Below, piece by piece: positions 40,029 through 50,119 of a stretch of 64,000 bases of DNA (its first letter is position 1; every line of letters starts with the position of its first letter). The position numbers and the translations under genes are program-made. This stretch comes from Rhabdothermincola salaria (GTDB lineage: Bacteria > Actinomycetota > Acidimicrobiia > Acidimicrobiales > Acidimicrobilacustridaceae), in NCBI RefSeq assembly GCF_021246445.1, contig NZ_JAJQXW010000001.1:1134168-1198167 (forward strand). Reading direction: 5' to 3'. Below the pieces are notes generated by a model. The model had not been told where the DNA came from, did no database searches, and saw nothing but the letters and a program-made list of their open reading frames with translations.

Positions 40029-41159
40029 TCAATCCTCGGCGAGGAGGCCGTTGAGCCGCTCGGTGGTCTCGATCCACTCTTCCACCATCTCGAGCACCAG
40101 GTCCTTGGAAGGGCGGACCTTGTTCATCCGCCCGACGATCTGGCCGACCGGGTAGCCGATCAGCTCCTTGGCGTGGGCCCGCTGGGTGCGGCGCCCGGCC
40201 TCCTGGTGCAGGATGCCCTGCAGGGGCATCGGGAGCGTGCCAGGCGAGTCCGGCCCCTCCCAGGCATCGGTCCAGGCGGTGCGCAGCTGACGGGCCGGCT
40301 TGCCGGTCATGGCCCGCGAGCGCACGGTGTCGCGGGACGTGGCGGCCAGCATGTTCTCGAGCGCCTCCGGGCCGGTGTCGGCCTCGCTCACGGTGAGCCA
40401 CATCGAACCCGTCCACACCCCCTGGGCGCCCAGGGCCAGGGCGGCCGCCATCTGGCGGCCGGTGGCGATGCCGCCGGCGGCCAGCACGGGCACGTCGGGG
40501 CCGACGGCGTCGACCACCTCGGGCACGAGCACCATCGTGGAGATCTCGCCGCAGTGGCCGCCGGCCTCGGTGCCCTGGGCGACGATGACATCGACGCCGA
40601 TGCCCACCTGTCGCTCGGCGTGCACCTTGGAGCCGCACAGGCCCCCGACCAGCATCCCGGCGGCATGGGCCTGCTCGATGACGTACGGCGGGGGCGGGCC
40701 GAGGGCGTTGACGATCATCTTGACGTTGGCGGCGTGGTCGAGGCAGACCTGCACCTGGTTGGGGCCCATCTCGTCGACGCCCAGACCGGCCGCGGCGACC
40801 GGCGCGTGGTCGTCGAGCTCGGGAGGCAGCTCGGGCACCTCGTAGCGATCCAGGAGCTCGTCCACGAACTGGCGGTGCTGCTCGGGGATCATGGCATCGA
40901 GCGACTGGAACGACGCCTCGTCACCGCCGCCCTTGCCCACGTAGTTCACCGGCATGGCGAAGTCGACGCCGTAGGGTTTGTCGCCGACGTGCTCGTCGAT
41001 CCAGTTGAGCTCGATCTCGAGTCGTTCGGGCCCGTAGGCCAGGGCCCCGAGCACGCCGAAGCCACCGGCGTTGGTCACGGCGGCGACGACGTCGCGACAG
41101 TGCGAGAAGGCGAAGATCGGGAACTCGATGCCGAGGCGTTCGGCGATGGGCGTGCTCAT
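40029..41159 (-). CDS. Nitronate monooxygenase family flavoprotein
   Basis: [25 protein letters not shown]. Confidence 0.92.
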   Translation of the reverse strand: MSTPIAERLGIEFPIFAFSHCRDVVAAVTNAGGFGVLGALAYGPERLEIELNWIDEHVGDKPYGVDFAMPVNYVGKGGGDEASFQSLDAMIPEQHRQFVDELLDRYEVPELPPELDDHAPVAAAGLGVDEMGPNQVQVCLDHAANVKMIVNALGPPPPYVIEQAHAAGMLVGGLCGSKVHAERQVGIGVDVIVAQGTEAGGHCGEISTMVLVPEVVDAVGPDVPVLAAGGIATGRQMAAALALGAQGVWTGSMWLTVSEADTGPEALENMLAATSRDTVRSRAMTGKPARQLRTAWTDAWEGPDSPGTLPMPLQGILHQEAGRRTQRAHAKELIGYPVGQIVGRMNKVRPSKDLVLEMVEEWIETTERLNGLLAED

Positions 41160-41396
41160 GGTGGTTGCTCCCCTCGTGGGCCGTCTCCGGCCACCCCGTG
41201 CCGACCGTGCGGTGCGGCCCCCTCATGCTACACAAGATCAGCGTAGTAGTGCTCGCGTGTCACATGTCGGGCACGGCGGCGCAGGGCGGCCGGGAGCGGG
41301 CACGCCGGGGCCGGAGCACTAGATTGGCCCCACGTCATCGACGCCGCCCCGGCCTGCCGGCGGGCGCCGGCCTCATCACCGCAACAGGGGGAACCA

Positions 41397-42545
41397 ATGC
41401 GCACCCGCGCCGCCGTGCTCTACGCGCCACACACCGACTACGTGGTCGAGGAGATCGAGCTCGACCCGCCCAAGGAGGGCGAGGTCCTCGTCCAGTTCGA
41501 AGCCAGCGGGATGTGCCACTCGGACGAGCACATGGTGACCGGCGACATGGCGATGGACCAAGAGGTCCTCGACATGCTCGGCTGGCAGCAGTACCCGATC
41601 ATCATGGGCCACGAAGGCGGGGGCGTGGTGGTCGAGGTCGGCCCGGGAGTCACCGAGCTGTCCGTGGGCGACCACGTGGTCACCTCGTTCGTCCCGTCCT
41701 GCGGACGCTGCCCGTCGTGCGCCAGCGGCAACCAGAACCTCTGCGACATGGGCGCCCACCTCCTCAGCGGCCACCAGGCCGACGGCACCAGCCGCCACCA
41801 CACCCTCGACGGCAAGGACATCGCCACGATGTGCTGCCTCGGGACCTTCGCCGAGCACTCCGTGGTCCACCTCAACTCACTGGTCAAGGTCGAGCCCGAC
41901 CTCCCCCTCGACAAGGCCTGCCTGGTCGCCTGCGGCGTCACCACCGGCTGGGGATCGGCCACCTACGCCGCCGACGTCGCCCCGGGTGAGACCGTGGTGG
42001 TCATCGGCACGGGCGGTGTCGGCATGAACGCCGTGCAGGGGGCCCACCTCGCCGGCGCCCGCTACGTGATCGCCATCGACCCGGTGGAGTTCAAGCGGGA
42101 GCAGGCCCAGCAGTTCGGTGCCACCCACGCGGTCGCCACCGCCGAGGAGGCCCAGGCCCTGCTCGGTGAGCTCACGTGGGGCCGCAACGCCGAGAAGGTC
42201 ATCGTCACCGTCGGCGAGGGCAAGGGGGCCGACGTCGGCACCTACATGGGCCTCGTCGCCAAGGGCGGCAAGCTGGTGTTCACCGCCGTGGCCGACATGA
42301 AGGCCAACGACGTGAACCTCAACCTCTTCGACCTGGCCATGCAGCAGAAGTCGCTCGTGGGCACCATCTTCGGCAGCGCCAACCCCCGCTACGACATCCC
42401 CCGCCTGCTGGGGTTGTACCGCAGCGGCCAGCTCAAGCTCGACGAGCTCGTCACCCGCACCTACGGGCTCGACGACATCAACCAGGGGTACCAGGACATG
42501 CGAGACGGCAAGAACATCCGCGGCGTCATCGTGTACGGGAGCTGA
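41397..42545 (+). CDS. Zn-dependent (NDMA-type) alcohol dehydrogenase
   Basis: CHSD, GHEGGG, CGRCPSCASG..LC, GTGGVG, GKNIRG. Confidence 0.93.
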   Translation: MRTRAAVLYAPHTDYVVEEIELDPPKEGEVLVQFEASGMCHSDEHMVTGDMAMDQEVLDMLGWQQYPIIMGHEGGGVVVEVGPGVTELSVGDHVVTSFVPSCGRCPSCASGNQNLCDMGAHLLSGHQADGTSRHHTLDGKDIATMCCLGTFAEHSVVHLNSLVKVEPDLPLDKACLVACGVTTGWGSATYAADVAPGETVVVIGTGGVGMNAVQGAHLAGARYVIAIDPVEFKREQAQQFGATHAVATAEEAQALLGELTWGRNAEKVIVTVGEGKGADVGTYMGLVAKGGKLVFTAVADMKANDVNLNLFDLAMQQKSLVGTIFGSANPRYDIPRLLGLYRSGQLKLDELVTRTYGLDDINQGYQDMRDGKNIRGVIVYGS

Positions 42546-42546
42546 C

Positions 42547-42927
42547 ATGACCACCAGAGAAGAGCTCGTCGCCATCTGCGATCGCTACGTGGAGCTGGTC
42601 AGCGCCGGCGACACCGACGGGATCATGGCCCTCTACGCCGACGACTGCTGGGTCGAGGACCCCGTCGGCTCGGAGAGGAAGGTGGGCCGCGAGGCCATCC
42701 GCGACTTCTACGACGGCATCACCAAGCTCGGGGTCACGCCGGTCATGCGCCGCATCGGTCCCGTCACCGTGTGCGGGGGCGAAGCGGCCTTCCAGTTCCG
42801 CATCGACATCGACCTCGGCGAGACCAAGATCGCCATGGCCACCACCGACCTCATGACCTTCGACGACGCCGGCAAGATCACCAGCATGCGGGCCTTCGCC
42901 GACGGCGAGGCCGACCCCGACGCCTGA
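42547..42927 (+). CDS. NTF2-family protein, ketosteroid isomerase-like
   Basis: RY..LYADD..VEDPVGS, DLMTFDDAGKITSMRA. Confidence 0.85.
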   Translation: MTTREELVAICDRYVELVSAGDTDGIMALYADDCWVEDPVGSERKVGREAIRDFYDGITKLGVTPVMRRIGPVTVCGGEAAFQFRIDIDLGETKIAMATTDLMTFDDAGKITSMRAFADGEADPDA

Positions 42928-42949
42928 CCGACCGCCGCACCTGCACGCC

Positions 42950-42986
42950 GCCGAGGGCAGCCCCACCGAGAGGGGCTGCCCTCGGC
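42950..42986 (+). terminator. Hairpin after the KSI-like gene
   Basis: gccgagggcagcccc / ggggctgccctcggc 15-bp stem. Confidence 0.6.
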
Positions 42987-43079
42987 CGCGTCGGGACCAT
43001 GACACTCGCCGGGCGGAGGCCCGGCCCCGACCGGCCGTTGTGGTTGACTGCCCCCAGCGCACGACCGACAGGGGGAGCT

Positions 43080-43829
43080 GTGTTCGAGCTCGAGGACAAG
43101 GTGGCTCTGGTGACCGGGGCCGGCCAGAACGTGGGCGCCGGCATCGCCCGGCTGCTCGCCGAGCAGGGCGCCGCCGTCGCCGTCAACGACATCCGACCGG
43201 AGAGGGCGGCGGACACGGTGGCCGCCATCGAGGCCGCCGGGGGGCGCGCCGTGGCCATCGGCTTCGACGTCACCGACCACCAGGCGGTCGCCGCGGGGGT
43301 GGCCGAGGTCGAAGGGACGCTCGGTCCCGTCGACGTGCTGGTCAACAACGCAGGCAACGGCGGCGCCGAGGGGATGCGCCCCACCCAGTTCCGCGAGTCC
43401 GACCCGGCCTCGTGGCGAGGTCCCATCGACGTCAACCTCTACGGCGTCTTGAACTGCAGCCACGCGGTCATCAACGGCATGTGCGAACGGGGCTGGGGCC
43501 GCATCATCACGATCGCCTCCGGCGCCGGCCTGGTGGGCCTCAACATCGGGGTCTCGCCCTACGCCGCCGGCAAGGGCGGGGCCATCGGCTTCATGCGCCA
43601 CCTCGCCATCGAGAACGCCCGCTACGGCGTCACCGCCAACACCCTGGCCATCGGCTTGATGACCAACGAAGACCAGAGCGTCACCGAGGCGCTCGCCCGC
43701 CAGATCCCCACCAAACGCACCGGGGTGCCCGAGGACATCGGGTACGCCTGCGTGTACCTCGCGTCCCCGGAGGCCGAGTGGGTGACCGGTCAGACCATCC
43801 AGATCAACGGCGGGTCGGTCACCACCTGA
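43080..43829 (+). CDS. SDR family oxidoreductase
   Basis: TGAGQNVG, NNAG, YAAGK. Confidence 0.92.
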   Translation: MFELEDKVALVTGAGQNVGAGIARLLAEQGAAVAVNDIRPERAADTVAAIEAAGGRAVAIGFDVTDHQAVAAGVAEVEGTLGPVDVLVNNAGNGGAEGMRPTQFRESDPASWRGPIDVNLYGVLNCSHAVINGMCERGWGRIITIASGAGLVGLNIGVSPYAAGKGGAIGFMRHLAIENARYGVTANTLAIGLMTNEDQSVTEALARQIPTKRTGVPEDIGYACVYLASPEAEWVTGQTIQINGGSVTT

Positions 43830-43836
43830 GGCAACC

Positions 43837-45471
43837 TCACAGCCGCGACAGCCAACGGTCGGCCTGGTTGAGCCGGCGTTCGAGCTGCTCGACGGTGGCC
43901 TCGGACACCCGGCGCACGCTCGACAGGCGGTTGAGCTCGGCGTTCACCTGCGCATGGGTGAGCCCCGAGCGGCGCACGATGTCGCGGGCCCGCTCGGCGT
44001 TCTCCATCCGTAGGTGGGCCTTGTGCTCCCTCCGGGTGCGGTGGTGGGTGTGGCTGCCCCCTCCCCCCGGGCGGGGCGGTGGGGCCAGCAGGATGGTCAG
44101 GTCCTCGTCCTCGTCACCGTCGTCGAGCGCGAGCACGCCGTCGGGATCGTGGTCCTCACTGACCCACTCCGGCTCGTGGCCGCCGAGGGTGACCGCCGAG
44201 AGCGCCGAGAACAACGACAGCTGCTCCTCCTGGGCAGACACCGGCACGGCGTCGTCGATCCCGTCGTCGCCCTCGCGGCCCTCCTCGTCGTCGCGCCGGC
44301 GCAGGCTGTGGCGACGCTGCTCGGCGATCCCCGCCGAGAAGCGTCGCAGACGGGGGTCGTCCGGGATGAAGAAGAACGCCTTCTGCGAGCGAAGCCCCTG
44401 CGTCCAACGCACCAGGCGGCCGGTGGCCTGGCGGAAAAACAGCTCGGTCACCGTGTTGGTGGCGAAGACCCCGACCCGCAGGCGAGGGATGTCGACGCCC
44501 TCGGAGACCATGCGCACCGCCACGATCCACGGCTGATCGCCTTCGGCGAAGTGCTCGATGCGGGCCGAGGCGGTGGGGTCGTCGCTGACCACGAGGGTGG
44601 AGTGCACGCCGTGACGTCGACGCAGCAACTCGACGATCCCCCGGGCGTGCTCCTGGTCCATGGCGATCACCAGGCCGCCGGCATGGGGCTGGGTCACCCG
44701 GATGGCCTGGAGCTGGGCGTGGGCCTGATCGAGCACGACCGGCAGCCACTCGCCACTCAGCGACAGCGCGGTGCGCAGCCGCTGGCCGGACCGGGCGTGA
44801 TCGAGGGCGTCGTCGAACGTGTGGGCGTACTCCGTGCCGTCGGGTCCGACCCACTCCATCTGACCGTCGATCCGGGGGAAGTACACGGGGCGCACCACCT
44901 TGCCGTCGACGAGGGCCTCGCCGTAGCCGTACTCGTAGTCGGCGTGGGCCTCGCCGAAGTCGTCGTAGTGCACGAACGGGATGGCGGCGGTGTCGGAGCG
45001 GAACGGGGTGCCCGAGAGGGCCAGGCGCCGCGCGGCCAGCTCGAACGCGGTGCGCACGCCCTCCCCCCATGCCCGGTCGTCGCCGGCGTGGTGGAGCTCG
45101 TCGAAGATCACGAACGCCCCCGCGGCGATCCCTCGGAGAGCCACCGGTTGCATGGCCACCTGCTGGTAGGTGACCACGATGCCGTGCATGTCCGCCGGCA
45201 GCCGCCCGTCCCGGGCCGACCACTGCGGCTCGAGGTGCAGGTCGAGGCGAGCGGCCGCACTGGCCCACTGCACCTTCAGGTGTTGGGTGGGCGCCACCAC
45301 CACCACCCGTCGGTCGGGGTGGGTGGCCAGGTGCTGCACCGCCGCGGTCAGGGCGAAGGTCGTCTTGCCCGCCCCCGGGGTGGCCACGGCCAGGAAGTCG
45401 GGATCGCTCGAGGTCTGGAAGCGTTCGAGGGCCTGTTTCTGCCAGGGCCGGAGGCGGACGGAGCGCGACAT
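43837..45471 (-). CDS. Superfamily II DEAD/DEAH-box helicase (actinobacterial)
   Basis: ATPGAGKT, DELHH, SGTPFR, VSEGVDIP, QATGRLVR. Confidence 0.93.
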   Translation of the reverse strand: MSRSVRLRPWQKQALERFQTSSDPDFLAVATPGAGKTTFALTAAVQHLATHPDRRVVVVAPTQHLKVQWASAAARLDLHLEPQWSARDGRLPADMHGIVVTYQQVAMQPVALRGIAAGAFVIFDELHHAGDDRAWGEGVRTAFELAARRLALSGTPFRSDTAAIPFVHYDDFGEAHADYEYGYGEALVDGKVVRPVYFPRIDGQMEWVGPDGTEYAHTFDDALDHARSGQRLRTALSLSGEWLPVVLDQAHAQLQAIRVTQPHAGGLVIAMDQEHARGIVELLRRRHGVHSTLVVSDDPTASARIEHFAEGDQPWIVAVRMVSEGVDIPRLRVGVFATNTVTELFFRQATGRLVRWTQGLRSQKAFFFIPDDPRLRRFSAGIAEQRRHSLRRRDDEEGREGDDGIDDAVPVSAQEEQLSLFSALSAVTLGGHEPEWVSEDHDPDGVLALDDGDEDEDLTILLAPPPRPGGGGSHTHHRTRREHKAHLRMENAERARDIVRRSGLTHAQVNAELNRLSSVRRVSEATVEQLERRLNQADRWLSRL

Positions 45472-45517
45472 GTCGAGCGCCGGAGTCTACCGAGGCCCGG
45501 GGCCCCCTCCGGATGGC

Positions 45518-46327
45518 TCAGTACACGTCGACGGGGGTGCCCACGGCCCCTGCTCCCGAGGCCCAGAGCCAGTCGACCGAGGGATCGGGCAGCCGCACGC
45601 AGCCGTGGGAGGCCGGGCTGGCCAACACCGGGTAGCCCCCGTGGAAGGCGATGCCGCCCACGAAGTACTTGGGCCGGTAGAGGGGTCCCCAGGGTCCGGG
45701 GTCCCACCCGTCGACCTGGCGGAAGATGCTGTAGTCCCCCGGCGGCGTGGCGGTGGCCGCCGCACCGGAGGTGGCGTTGAGGGCGGTGACGTTGCCCGCC
45801 GCCTCCACCACGATCACGACCTGGGCCGCCAGGTCGACCTCGATGTGCGGGTGGCGACCGAGCCGGGGTTCCACCGGCCCGGCCGAGGCGAGGGCGCCGA
45901 GGGTCTGCGGTCCGGCCACGCCGTCGCGGGCCAGCCCGTGCAGCTTCTGGAAGGCCATGACCGCGTGGCGGGTGCCCGGGCCGTACTCGCCGGGGGGATC
46001 GGTCACCGCGAAGCCGCGAGCCGCCAGCTCGTACTGCAGGGCACCGATCTCCTCGGAGGTGTCGGGCACCACCGAGACCGGCTCGGGGACGGTCGTCGTC
46101 GTCGTGGTGGGGGCGGCGGTCGTGGTGGGAGTCGCAGTGGTGGTCGGCGCCGCGGTCGTGGTGCTCGCCGACGTGGTGGAGGGGGACGCCGTGGTGGGAC
46201 TCGCGGCACTGTCGGGAGCCCCGGTGGGCTGCGAGCCGCCACCGCCGGCGCACGACGCCAGGACCACCGCCAGGCCCACGAGGGCGGCGAGACGGAGCAG
46301 TCGGGGAGCGAGGGAGGGACCAGACAT
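45518..46327 (-). CDS. L,D-transpeptidase lipoprotein with Thr-rich linker and peptidoglycan-binding domain
   Basis: Lipobox LASC; FQKLHGLARDGVAG; AFHG..SHGCVR. Confidence 0.9.
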   Translation of the reverse strand: MSGPSLAPRLLRLAALVGLAVVLASCAGGGGSQPTGAPDSAASPTTASPSTTSASTTTAAPTTTATPTTTAAPTTTTTTVPEPVSVVPDTSEEIGALQYELAARGFAVTDPPGEYGPGTRHAVMAFQKLHGLARDGVAGPQTLGALASAGPVEPRLGRHPHIEVDLAAQVVIVVEAAGNVTALNATSGAAATATPPGDYSIFRQVDGWDPGPWGPLYRPKYFVGGIAFHGGYPVLASPASHGCVRLPDPSVDWLWASGAGAVGTPVDVY

Positions 46328-46454
46328 CGCCCTCCACTCTTCCAGAAGCGAGCCCGGCGGCGGCATCGCGAGCTCCAACCGGGGCCGGCGGGGGGCGTCA
46401 CGCCCCGTCGGGACCGACCCCGGCACCCGGGCCGGGCCCCGTTAGGCTCGCCGC

Positions 46455-46736
46455 GTGGAACCGCCCCCCTCGGTGACGGTGCACCTCCCCGACGAGGTGG
46501 CCGGCCCCCCCAGCACCCTCATCGGCCCCACCGGCACCGCCCCCGAGCTGGAGCTGATCGTGCCCGCCGACCGAGCCGTGCCCGATTCCGCGTCGGGACG
46601 CACCCATGTCCTGCCGCTGTTCGTGGCCGGGGTCGTGCTGGTGGTCGTCGTCACCGTGGTGCTGATCCGGGCCCGTCGAACCCGACGCCCCGACCCCGGG
46701 TCGGCCGGTCAGTTGCCCGACGGGTCCGAGGGGTAG
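46455..46736 (+). CDS. Small single-TM hypothetical protein
   Basis: TAGGCT 6 nt before GTG; Pro-rich N-part, TM helix followed by basic residues. Confidence 0.55.
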   Translation: MEPPPSVTVHLPDEVAGPPSTLIGPTGTAPELELIVPADRAVPDSASGRTHVLPLFVAGVVLVVVVTVVLIRARRTRRPDPGSAGQLPDGSEG

Positions 46737-47290
46737 AGCGAGAGCCACGCCGTACTCCCCTGCTGGCGACGCAGCACGATGCGCCAGAGGTCGTCGGGGC
46801 GGTCGCTCCACAGGTCGGCACCGAGAGCGGGCACCACCAACCAGGCTTCCTGGTCGAGCTCGGCTTCGAGCTGCCCCGCCCCCCAGCCGGAGTACCCGAC
46901 GAAGACCCGCACCTCCTCGAGGCGAGGGTCGGGGCCGGGGTCGGCGCCCAGGTCGAGCGTGGCCAGCGGGCCGGGCCCGTCGGTGGCCAACGGGATCGGG
47001 CTCCAGGGTCGGTCACCGGGGTCGTGCGACCCCGGCGCCGGCCGACCGAGGCCTATGGCCGCGGCCTGCTCGACCGGTCCACCGACGAAGACCACCGCCG
47101 GATCCGACGCCAGCGGCGCCCACTGCGGGAGCGATCCGCCGACGTCGACGTCGGTGGGCCGGTTCAGCACCAACCCCAGCGCACCGTCGTCACCGTGGTC
47201 GAGGAGCAGCACGACCGTCCGGTCGAAGTTGGGGTCACCGATCACCGGTGTGGCCACGAGCAGGCAACCGGCGAGCGCACGATCGGTCAC
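46709..47290 (-). CDS. YqgE/AlgH family protein
   Basis: DPNFDRTVV, GLVLNRP, GGPV, GYSGWGAGQLEAE. Confidence 0.93.
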   Translation of the reverse strand: MTDRALAGCLLVATPVIGDPNFDRTVVLLLDHGDDGALGLVLNRPTDVDVGGSLPQWAPLASDPAVVFVGGPVEQAAAIGLGRPAPGSHDPGDRPWSPIPLATDGPGPLATLDLGADPGPDPRLEEVRVFVGYSGWGAGQLEAELDQEAWLVVPALGADLWSDRPDDLWRIVLRRQQGSTAWLSLYPSDPSGN

Positions 47291-47366
47291 GCCATCGATG
47301 ATGGCACGCGGCCGCGGACCACGGACGGTCGCCGCAGGGCGGCGCGGCCCCCAGGGATCGGGGCGT

Positions 47367-47735
47367 TCAGCCCTCGGTCTTCTCGTCGGCGATCTGCTGG
47401 TGCACCTGCTCCATGTCGATGGACTCGATCTGGCGGACGATGTCCTCGAGGGCCTGCTCGGGCAGGGCACCGGGCTGGCTGTAGAGCACGACCTTGTCGC
47501 GCACGGCCATCAGCGTGGGGATGGACTGGATCTGGAAGGCTCCAGCGAGCTCGGGCTCGGCCTCGGTGTCGACCTTGGCGAACACCACGCCCGGGTGGGC
47601 CTCGGAGACCTTCTCGTAGACCGGTGCGAACATCTTGCAGGGCCCGCACCATTCGGCCCAGAAGTCGATGAGGACGATGTCGTTGTCGTCGAGGGTCTGC
47701 TCGAACGTGTCCTTGGTCAGCGTGGTGGTCGCCAT
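47367..47735 (-). CDS. trxA: Thioredoxin
   Basis: DFWAEWCGPC, QSIPTL. Confidence 0.95.
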   Translation of the reverse strand: MATTTLTKDTFEQTLDDNDIVLIDFWAEWCGPCKMFAPVYEKVSEAHPGVVFAKVDTEAEPELAGAFQIQSIPTLMAVRDKVVLYSQPGALPEQALEDIVRQIESIDMEQVHQQIADEKTEG

Positions 47736-47779
47736 GTCCTGGTGGTCCTCTCGTGTGGTCGTGACGGGCCCCTCGCGGG

Positions 47780-47823
47780 ATACCCAGTGGGGTATACAAC
47801 AACGGGGGGCACCGGGATGTTCC
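47780..47823 (-). promoter_or_regulatory. SigR/SigH-type promoter (GGAAC-N18-GTT) followed by CsoR-type operator upstream of trxA
   Basis: Minus strand GGAAC 47823-47819, GTT 47800-47798, then ATACCCCACTGGGTAT 47795-47780. Confidence 0.7.
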
Positions 47824-47842
47824 CGCCCGACGATGCGGGCGG

Positions 47843-48727
47843 CTACTGACGCAGCAGCGACAGCAGCCGGAGGATCTCGAGGTACAGCCACACCACCGTG
47901 ACGGTGACGCCGAACGCACCGAACCACTCCATGTACTTCGGGGCCCCGGCCTTCGATGCCTGCTCGATGAAGGCGAAGTCCAGGCCGAGGTTGAGGGCAG
48001 CCACGATCACGATGACGACGCTGATGCCGATGCCGAGCGCCGAGGGCTCGTTCCAGAACATGATGTCGGCGCCGAAGAGGGTCGCGATCCAGGTCACGGC
48101 GTACATGACGAAGATGCCGAGCGTGGCGGCCACGACCACGGCCACGTACTTCTTGGTGACCTTGATGATCCGGGTGGCGTACAGGAAGAACATGACGAAG
48201 AACACCGCCAGCGTGGCCCCGATGGCCTGCACCACGATGCCGTTCCACTCGGCGTTGTAGACCGCGGAGATGGCTCCCAGCGCGACGCCGTAGGCCAGCG
48301 CGTAGGCGGGCGCCGTGAACGGCGAGAGCTTGGGCTTGACGATGGTGAGGATGGCCAGACCCAGACCCACCAGCACGGAGATCAGCAGCCAGCCCGGCAT
48401 GGACGTGGTGTTGACCATCACCTCCTGGCCGGTCTCGGGGTCGATGCGGGCCTCGGAGGTCTGATCGACCTGCATCCACCCGAACGAGCCGGCGGCCAGG
48501 ATGATGGCGAACAGCACACCGATGGCGGTCATGCTGCCGCCGAGCGTCATGGTGGGCCCGTCGTGGGGCACGTCGGGGATCGAGCCGAAACGGCCCCCGC
48601 CGGCGGCCTTGGTGCCGGCTGCGGCCTGGGTGGCCGCGCCGGAGGAAGGTCCTGCCGTGCTGGCCCATCCGGGGCCAGTGGCCCCCTCGCGCTCGAAGCG
48701 CTGGGGGGTGAGGACGGGGTTGGCCAT
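47843..48727 (-). CDS. Bax inhibitor-1/YccA family membrane protein
   Basis: GIVVQA, LGLDF, APKYMEW, VWLYLEILRLL. Confidence 0.93.
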   Translation of the reverse strand: MANPVLTPQRFEREGATGPGWASTAGPSSGAATQAAAGTKAAGGGRFGSIPDVPHDGPTMTLGGSMTAIGVLFAIILAAGSFGWMQVDQTSEARIDPETGQEVMVNTTSMPGWLLISVLVGLGLAILTIVKPKLSPFTAPAYALAYGVALGAISAVYNAEWNGIVVQAIGATLAVFFVMFFLYATRIIKVTKKYVAVVVAATLGIFVMYAVTWIATLFGADIMFWNEPSALGIGISVVIVIVAALNLGLDFAFIEQASKAGAPKYMEWFGAFGVTVTVVWLYLEILRLLSLLRQ

Positions 48728-48768
48728 GACTGCTCCTTGTACGAGGGCTCGGTGCCAGCGGTCTCAGT

Positions 48769-50022
48769 CTACGGAGCGCGGCGTGTTCGCCGGGCGCGCC
48801 AGTACCGCAGGACCAACGAACTGCGACCCGACCCGCTCGCGGCCGGTTCGGACGTCATGTCGGAGTCGATCACCGGGTGGCGTTCGATGTAGGTGGAGCC
48901 GAGCGCCTGCACGACCGCGCTGAACGGCAAGGCCAGCAGGGCGCCGATGCCCCCGAGGATCCCGATGCCCGCCAGTACGGATCCGAACGCCACCGCCGGG
49001 TGCAGGTCCATGGTGCGGGCGCTGATGCGCGGCGCGAAGACGTAGTTCTCGATCTGTTGGTAGAAGGTGGCGAAGGCGACGACGAGCACGGCGTCGAACG
49101 GGCTGCCCACCAGGGCGATGAAGGCGGGCAGCGCGGCGGCCAGGTAGGTGCCGACCACGGGCACGAACTGCGAGACCAGCCCCACGAACACGGCGAGGGC
49201 GATGGCGTAGGGGACGCCGATGATCTCGAAGGCGATCCAGTGCGCCACGCCCGAGAGCAGGGCGAGCAGCGCTCGACTGTAGATGTAGCCCCCGGTCTTC
49301 TGGATGGCGATCTCCCACGTCTCGAGCACCTGGCGTTGGCGATCGGGGCGCAGGAACGAGCAGATGACCCGACGGAAGCGGGGACCGTCGGCGACGAGGT
49401 AGAACGCGAAGAGGGCGACGGTGAAGAACTGGAACACGATGCCGAGCACGCTGGCGCTGATGCCGAGCGCGTTGCCGGCCGCCTGGGTGGCGAAGCTGCG
49501 CACCGGGCCGTCGGCATCGGTGAGCTGGTCACGCAGGTCGTCACCCGAGAGCTCGAGGCCGAAGGTCTCGTTGAGCCACTCCTCGGCGTCGGTGAGGTAG
49601 CCGGGGGCGCTGTCGACGAGGTTGACGACCTCGTCGGCCACCACCTTGCCCAGCGCACCCAGGAAGAGCAGCGAGAACACGACGAACACGACGAACACCA
49701 GGCCGGTGGCCCAGCCCCGCTTCCAGCCCCGTGCCGCCAGCCAGTTGACCGCCGGTTCCATGGCGAACGAGACGAACAGGGCGATCAGGATCGTGATCAG
49801 CAGGTCCTTCAGCTCGCCGAGGAGCCACCGGGCCACGGCCAGGCCCACCACCCCGACGAAGAACAGCATGATGGCGCGGGGCACCCATCGGGGCATCGCT
49901 TCGCTGGGCTCGAGCGGGGTTCCCCCCAACCGGGCCGCGAGCCCGCTCGGCGACACGGGAGCGTCGTCGGGAGGAGGCGGGCCGTCTGCACCGGCCTGAG
50001 GGTCGTCGCCGGCCATGGCCAT
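48769..50022 (-). CDS. AI-2E family transporter
   Basis: EPAVNWL, VPVVG, QQIENY..PR, LHPA, GALLALP. Confidence 0.92.
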   Translation of the reverse strand: MAMAGDDPQAGADGPPPPDDAPVSPSGLAARLGGTPLEPSEAMPRWVPRAIMLFFVGVVGLAVARWLLGELKDLLITILIALFVSFAMEPAVNWLAARGWKRGWATGLVFVVFVVFSLLFLGALGKVVADEVVNLVDSAPGYLTDAEEWLNETFGLELSGDDLRDQLTDADGPVRSFATQAAGNALGISASVLGIVFQFFTVALFAFYLVADGPRFRRVICSFLRPDRQRQVLETWEIAIQKTGGYIYSRALLALLSGVAHWIAFEIIGVPYAIALAVFVGLVSQFVPVVGTYLAAALPAFIALVGSPFDAVLVVAFATFYQQIENYVFAPRISARTMDLHPAVAFGSVLAGIGILGGIGALLALPFSAVVQALGSTYIERHPVIDSDMTSEPAASGSGRSSLVLRYWRARRTRRAP

Positions 50023-50119
50023 GACGGTGCCACGTCCGGTCCCCTGCGGCGCGGATACCGCCCGTCGCGCTCCAGACCCCGTCCGGACGCTGGCCGCGAC
50101 CGCCCTAGCATCGCCCCCC

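Noticed and set aside
46085..46200. Repetitive gtggtg/gtcgtc tract
   Set aside because: Encodes the Thr/Ala/Pro linker of the L,D-transpeptidase
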